Below the pieces are notes generated by a model that saw nothing but the letters and a program-made list of their open reading frames with translations, searched no databases and was not told the DNA's origin. Below, piece after piece: positions 58,073 to 64,000 of a stretch of DNA of 64,000 nucleotides. This DNA is from the human T2T-CHM13v2.0 reference genome, Homo sapiens, in assembly GCF_009914755.1 (NCBI RefSeq), contig NC_060941.1. The stretch is one strand, 5' to 3'. The position numbers and the translations under genes were made by a program. Position 1 is the stretch's first letter; each line of letters opens with the position of its first letter.

Positions 58073-60159
58073 TATTTTTTATTTATTTTATTTTATTTTT
58101 TTAGAGATGGGATCTTGCTTGCTCTGTCACCCAGGCTGGAATGCAGTAGTGTGATCATAGCTCACTGCAGCCTCAAACTCCTGGGCTCAAGTGATCCTCC
58201 TGCCTCTGCCTGCTGAATAGTAAAGCTATATTTTGGGGGGAAAAGGGGGAAACAGCTCCTGAGTTTGGGGGTGGGCTCCCAGAATATACCAGCTTACTGA
58301 AAGCGAGGCATCGGGAGAGAGGCCTGGAATCTGTTTTTAACAAGCCCAGCAAATGAGGCATCATTAAGTAGGTCTTAGAAATACACTGTCATAGAGAATA
58401 CTTTTATTTTTCTTTTACATTGTAAAGTGGGATAGGGTAGGATTAATACATTTTAGCTTACGTTTTTGCCACAGGCTAGGTGCTGTGGAAATACAGTATC
58501 CTTTGATGACAATAATGACAGTCTTCAAAGTGAGCGGTGTACATTCTTCCAGAAGTTTCGCACTTCCTGCTTCTGAAGTGCAGTGCCCTAGAGAGCCTCA
58601 GACCCATCCCCAGGGCCCCCATTCACTGCAGCCACTATCGTCTCTCTCCCTATGCAGGTGCTGAGACAGAAATAAGGGCTGCCAGCACCACCCAGAAACT
58701 GACTATGAAATCCCCAATGTGTCTGACCCTTTCTCTTTAAGACTTTGGTTTGCTTACATTTCATTTTGTTCCTGTAAGTGTTTCTTATTGCCATAGCAAC
58801 CCTAATCGATCACTGGACCAAAAATAGCTCTTTCATGTTTTCCAAAGCATGTCTGTAGTGAATTGGAAATTCAGTTCTGCCGTGCATTTTGCATATGCTG
58901 CTTTCATTTCCCGACACTGAACCTGGGAGGGCTTGTGTCTGGAAATTATCCTTGCAGAGACCCAGAAACCTCACTTGTCTTTCCTGGCGTTCTTCTTCCC
59001 CACTGCAGATCCACCCGTCACTTCCAAAAGCTACAAGTAGCTGCATTTAAATGTTCCACCATCACTTTTCTGCACATTGAGTTTTGGGTGCTGGAGGTTT
59101 TACAGGTACCAGAATATCACTTTTCAATAAGAGGTTCATCCTGGTGGATTCCGTTGGGTTTGGAAGGCCAATTATAGATGCTTAGACACCAGATAAAAGG
59201 AAGAGGGTCATGGCAGGGAGCAGATGGCAGCAACACCTATAAGATTCCTCTGGCTTACGTGGATCTAAGCTAGAAAATCAAAGATGAGATGACAGGAGAG
59301 CTCCTGCCTTGACTCCCTGACTTCTTCCTAACACTGCTACTGTTTTTAGGGGGTTGGGGCAAAATAAACACTGGATGTAATTAAGTGAATATTTTCTATG
59401 ATGCTTTCTCTGCTTTATTCTCCCTGCCAAGCTGTGCCTTTAGTCAAGAAGAGGGAGAGAGAGATAAAAAAGAAAAGATTTTTCATGAGAAAGAGGATTC
59501 GAGACCTGGAGTGAGCCCAGAGGAGGAAGAAGAGGTGGAGAGGGACAGAAATGACTCACTGATTTCCCCCAGGCTCCAGGGACAGGCGTGCTTTTTTGCC
59601 TCCCCCTCTGCCTGTAAGCAGAGTCATCTCTGTGGCCTCAAGGGTTCCCAACTTCTGTTTTATGCTTCTGTTTCTTAACTTCTTTGAGCCTTGGTTTTGG
59701 CGATTGGGTTGAGTGAACCAGCGGACGTGCACCCTTTAGATCTAGGAAAGAAAAGAGTTCACGGAGATCCTGGTAGAGTTTTTGTTCCCTGCATGAAGTC
59801 AGCAGGGGGCCAAGGGAAAGCTCAGAGAAGAGGCCAGTGGAAGGGGCACCTGCCCAGAAGAAGGAGCTGCCAAGGATGGAGCCTGGGACACGTGGTGACA
59901 TTTCCTCAGCAGCAGAGCAGGTCAGGGATTCAGAGTGAGTCTGGAAGAGCCCAGATCTGCTCTGTGGTTTGGCTGCCTTCCTTGCCATGGGAAGAAGCCA
60001 TCAGGTGTCCTGTGGATGCCTTTCCGGAAGCCTCTGCATCCTTGCATCTTCATAGTGGAGGATCTGCCTTTGACCCCAGCTCAGCTTTCTCGTCCACATT
60101 GCCTAGGAGGGTACAATGGAGTGGACCAACATCTCTCCAGCATCTGCCAGGCGCTGCCT

Positions 60160-60335
60160 GGCCCTGGACATTCGTTATCTCTTTTCATTCTCACCCCACA
60201 GCTTTGAGGTTGCAATTGTCTCCATTTGATAGATGAGGAAACTGAAGCTCAGAGGGAATCGTGAATTTGCCCCAAGTCACACAGTTTGTTGGAAAAGAAG
60301 CTGCGGTTTGAACTGAAGTCTGTTTTACTCCAAAA
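60160..60335 (-). mobile_element. MIR
   Basis: ccatttgatagatgaggaaactgaagctcagaggg...ttgccccaagtcacacag. Confidence 0.8.
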
Positions 60336-60644
60336 ATCTGTATTTTTTTTTTTTTTCCTACTAAATCATCATCCTCCCTCTCTGTGGGTTAGGTGCCTGC
60401 TGCTGCATCTGGACACCAGATAATGACAAGCTTGCTGACATCAGTTACTAGTAAATATCACCCTGGGCAATAAGCAGTGGCCATTGATTGACAAAGCAGG
60501 TGGCATCATAGGTGGAACTAATAAGTCAGAAAAAGCACCAATTCCCCCTTCCCTTGCACTTGCTTGAACCTCAGAGTCGGTGATGCTTTACTCAGATGAA
60601 AACCAGATGGGTGATTTGGAAGAAGGCAGCCAGCAGGCTGAGTG

Positions 60645-61555
60645 TTGTGTTGGTTTTCTCTTGCTGTGTAGCAAATCTCCCACAAATTTAGCAACTTAAA
60701 ACAACACAAGTGGCTGGGTGCAATGGCTCATGCCTATAATACCAGCACTTTAGGAGGCTGAGGTTGGAGGATCGCTTGAGCTCAGGAGTTTGAGACCAAC
60801 CTGGGCAACACAGTGAGAGCTCATCTCTACTAAAAGTAAAAAAAATTAGCTGGGTGTGGTGGTGCATGCCTGTGATCCCAGCTGTTCAGGAGGCTGAGGC
60901 GGGAGGATTGCTTAAGCCCAGGAGGTCAAGGCTGCGGCGAGCTGAGCTATACTGCATTCAAGCCTGGGCAACAGAATGAGGCTCTGTCTCAAAAAAGAAA
61001 AGAAAAGAGAAGAGAAGAAAAATAACACAAGTTTGTTATCTTGCAGTTTCCATGGGTCAGGAGTTGGAACCCAGGCTAGCTGGGTCCTTGGCTCAGGCAA
61101 CTCACCAGGTAGAAATCAAGGCATCAACCAAGGTTCTAGTTTCACCAGAAATGCAGGGTCCTCTTCCACGCTCACTGGTGGTTGGCAGGATTCATTCCTT
61201 GTGGTTGAAGGACGAAGGTCGCGTTTTCTAGCTGGTTCTTCTCCGGCTGTCACTCTCAGTTCCCAGTAGACCTCTCTTGGGTCCTATCCACGTGGCTATC
61301 TCACAACTTCAAAGCCAACAAAAGAATCTCTGCTTTTTCTAAAGTGAAGTCTTGTATACACTCTCAGGAGTGACTGACTGTCTTGTCTTTTTGCTATCAA
61401 TCAAAAGCTGTGCTCCCTCTGAAGGTTCTGGGGGGCAACCAGGGGAGTGACAGCCCATCATATCCCCAGGTTCTGCTCACACCCGAAGGGAAGGATTACA
61501 CAGGATGTGTGCACCAGTGGCTGGGACTCTGGAGGCCATCTCAGAATTCTGTCTG
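60645..61555 (-). mobile_element. MLT1 (D/E/F-like) LTR interrupted by an AluJ (60712-61022, +)
   Basis: ttgctgtgtagcaaatctcccacaaatttagcaacttaaaacaacacaag...cagtttccatgggtcaggagt...ggaaggattacacaggatgtg; TSD aacacaagt. Confidence 0.75.
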
Positions 61556-62377
61556 CCGTGGGTTTTTCAGTCTTTCCTTCATATGCTGTGGGCCAAATGG
61601 GACTTTAGACATTCAGCATTTCCAAATGACTGTTCCTTAGAGAGCACGGGATGCTTCAGCAGCCCTTAGACATCTTTTTCTGTTTTAGCCAATGGCTGAC
61701 GACCCTAGTGTCTCTCTTCTTGGAGCAAGTTCAGGTGTGGTTACATCAGGGTTCCCAACGTTTTTTCCACCCCCACACTCCTGACAGATCCCTCGGTGAT
61801 ATAGAATCCCTCCACCCAAGGACATTTATCAGGATCTTTAGGGAACAGCGCATATTTTGAGAAAAAGTCCAGGGTTGGAAAGTGGGGTTCCCGTCTCCCC
61901 ATTGACATTGAGAATGACTAGGTTAGATGGTATATTCCTAGTGGAAGCAAAAGTCTTAGTTACAGAAAGCATTATTTGAGCAAACCTAAACTAAAGGAGA
62001 TGCTTTAACACCTGAAGAAGCTGGGTAAAGCGGGGGGGGGGGGGGTAAAGAAGAAGGGGGGTGACTTTGATGACCACCATTCCTAGTGGTGCTGGTATTA
62101 GGGGGGCACCCTCCTGTTAGAGTGTGAGCTTACCACATGGTTGGTGAGCCTGGGACACAGATAGCTAATGGTAATGGTGACAAAGGAGATACGCGCTGTG
62201 ATAAAGGGACAAACAGAATGCTGCCAGCATGCATGGGATAATCATTCCGAAGTGGTACTTGAGATGGTCTTTGAGTAAGATTTAGGAAAGAAATTTCGGG
62301 CTGAGAGTACCATGGCCAAAAAAAAAAAAAAAGACCTGACAGCAGGAAGTTTTCCAGGGAAGGGGGAGTGGACCTAG

Positions 62378-62660
62378 ATTTAGGGTGGGTCCAAATCCAA
62401 TGACTTTTGTCCTTGTAAGAAGAGAAGAGAGCACAGAGACCCAGAGGGAAGAAGGGGATGTAAAGACGGAGGCAGAGACTGGAGTGATGCACCCACTCCC
62501 GGTGCCACCAACAGCTGGAAGAGACAAGGACAGATTCTCTCCCAGAGTCTTCAGAGGTAGTATGGCTCTGCCAACACCTTGGTTTCAGGCTTCTGGCCTC
62601 CAGAACTGTGAGAGAATAAATTGCTGCTGTTTTAAGCCACGCAGTTTGTGGAATTGGCTA
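62378..62660 (+). mobile_element. MLT1 (B/C-like) LTR fragment
   Basis: ttagggtgggtccaaatccaatgact...ttctggcctccagaactgtgagagaataaattgctgctgttttaagccac. Confidence 0.82.
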
Positions 62661-63040
62661 CGATAATTCTAGAGTACCAGTACAGTCAGGGAGAACATTC
62701 GCGTTCATTCTGGACCTTTCAAGTTTGATGAACCTGTAGGGTCTTTGTTGGGGATGGCCAGTGGGCACCTGGAAATGTGAGAGGAGTTGGAATTTGCGAT
62801 GTTGATTTGGGAGGCATCTGCCAAAAAAGAAAAAAATCATGAAAAGTCAGAAGCAGATGAGATCACCAGGGGAGAGGGTTTGGATCAAGAAAAGAGGCTG
62901 TAGGTAGGGTAGGACCTGAGGGATCTCCTGTAGGGAAGGAGTGGAGGAGGGAGGAAAGGGTGAACTGCTGCTCAGGATGGAGGAGTTGCTCAGTCATATT
63001 GCAGTGTAGAGAGGTCTCCAGGGTGCAAATGGAAGAGTGA

Positions 63041-63419
<379 letters not shown>

Positions 63420-63629
63420 ACTGACTACGCTTTTAATAAGTTTTTTTATGAAGACAGAAAGAGATACGGAATTGATTATAGATGGGGGAAGAAATAGGAT
63501 CAAGGGAACTTTGTGCTTATTTATTTTTTAAGACTGTGTCTCTTTTCATTATATTTTTAGGCTGTGGGAAGGAAGCAGGGAAAAGATGCAAATAATCAAT
63601 GAAACAAGGTTCCAGAGAAGAGCTTACAA

Positions 63630-63850
63630 ATAATTTGTACTGTGCACCTACTATGTGCCAGTCACTGTGCTGGGGTTTAGCTGTGTGATCTCATTGATCT
63701 TCTGAACACTCCTACAGAGCGGAAAAGGATTGTCCCCATTCTCCACCTGGGGCAACTGGGGCTGAGAACAGTAAAATAACTTGCCCAGGTTGATACATCT
63801 TGGATTTGAGCCCAAGTCAGCTGGCTCTGATGTCTCAGTGCTTTTCATTA
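63630..63850 (-). mobile_element. MIR
   Basis: gcacctactatgtgccag...taacttgcccaggtt...ggatttgagcccaag. Confidence 0.8.
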
Positions 63851-64000
63851 TATTATTTCTCCACTGAAAAAGAGGAGGATATATCTTTCTCGGATTCACA
63901 AAGAATAAGAAACGTAAAGAAATAAGCAGATTTGTAATGGAGGAAAGGGATGTGTCAGTGTTTCTATCATGCAGTTCATGTCCTCATTAAACTATGACTC

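Noticed and set aside
59691-60236. Longest ORFs outside Alus (181 aa here; 178 aa at 51790-52326)
   Set aside because: No recognisable domain or splice support; one ends in a MIR and the other runs through a pyrimidine-rich low-complexity tract.

Overview
Primate (almost certainly human) genomic DNA lying wholly inside the + strand transcription unit of PITPNC1 (RdgB-beta, cytoplasmic phosphatidylinositol transfer protein). The only protein-coding sequence is three internal exons with canonical AG/GT borders, none of which appears in the supplied ORF track: 22384-22532 (149 nt), 41829-41917 (89 nt) and an 8-nt microexon at 43182-43189. Spliced together they read YKIGQLYMISKHSHEQSDRGEGVEVVQNEPFEDPHHGNGQFTEKRVYLNSKLPSWARAVVPKIFYVTEKAWNYYPYTITEYT. 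The rest is intron: about 50 Alu copies, old L1, L2, MIR and CR1/L3 remnants, MaLR and ERVL LTRs, hAT MITEs, microsatellites and a ~1.06 kb minisatellite with a 29-30 bp unit. The listed ORFs are Alu, repeat or chance artefacts. I found no convincing new gene or system. The best leads are hypotheses: (1) exons 2-4 form a 246-nt phase-0/phase-0 stop-free block bracketed by inverted Alus, so a circRNA would carry an endless ORF; (2) the architecture of the obligatory microexon; (3) a VNTR built of repeated 3'-splice-site-like and NFAT-like units; (4) a permuted Alu insert that looks templated from a neighbouring Alu; (5) a dense kB/AP-1/octamer motif cluster in intron 2. Repeat subfamily names and boundaries were called by eye and are approximate.
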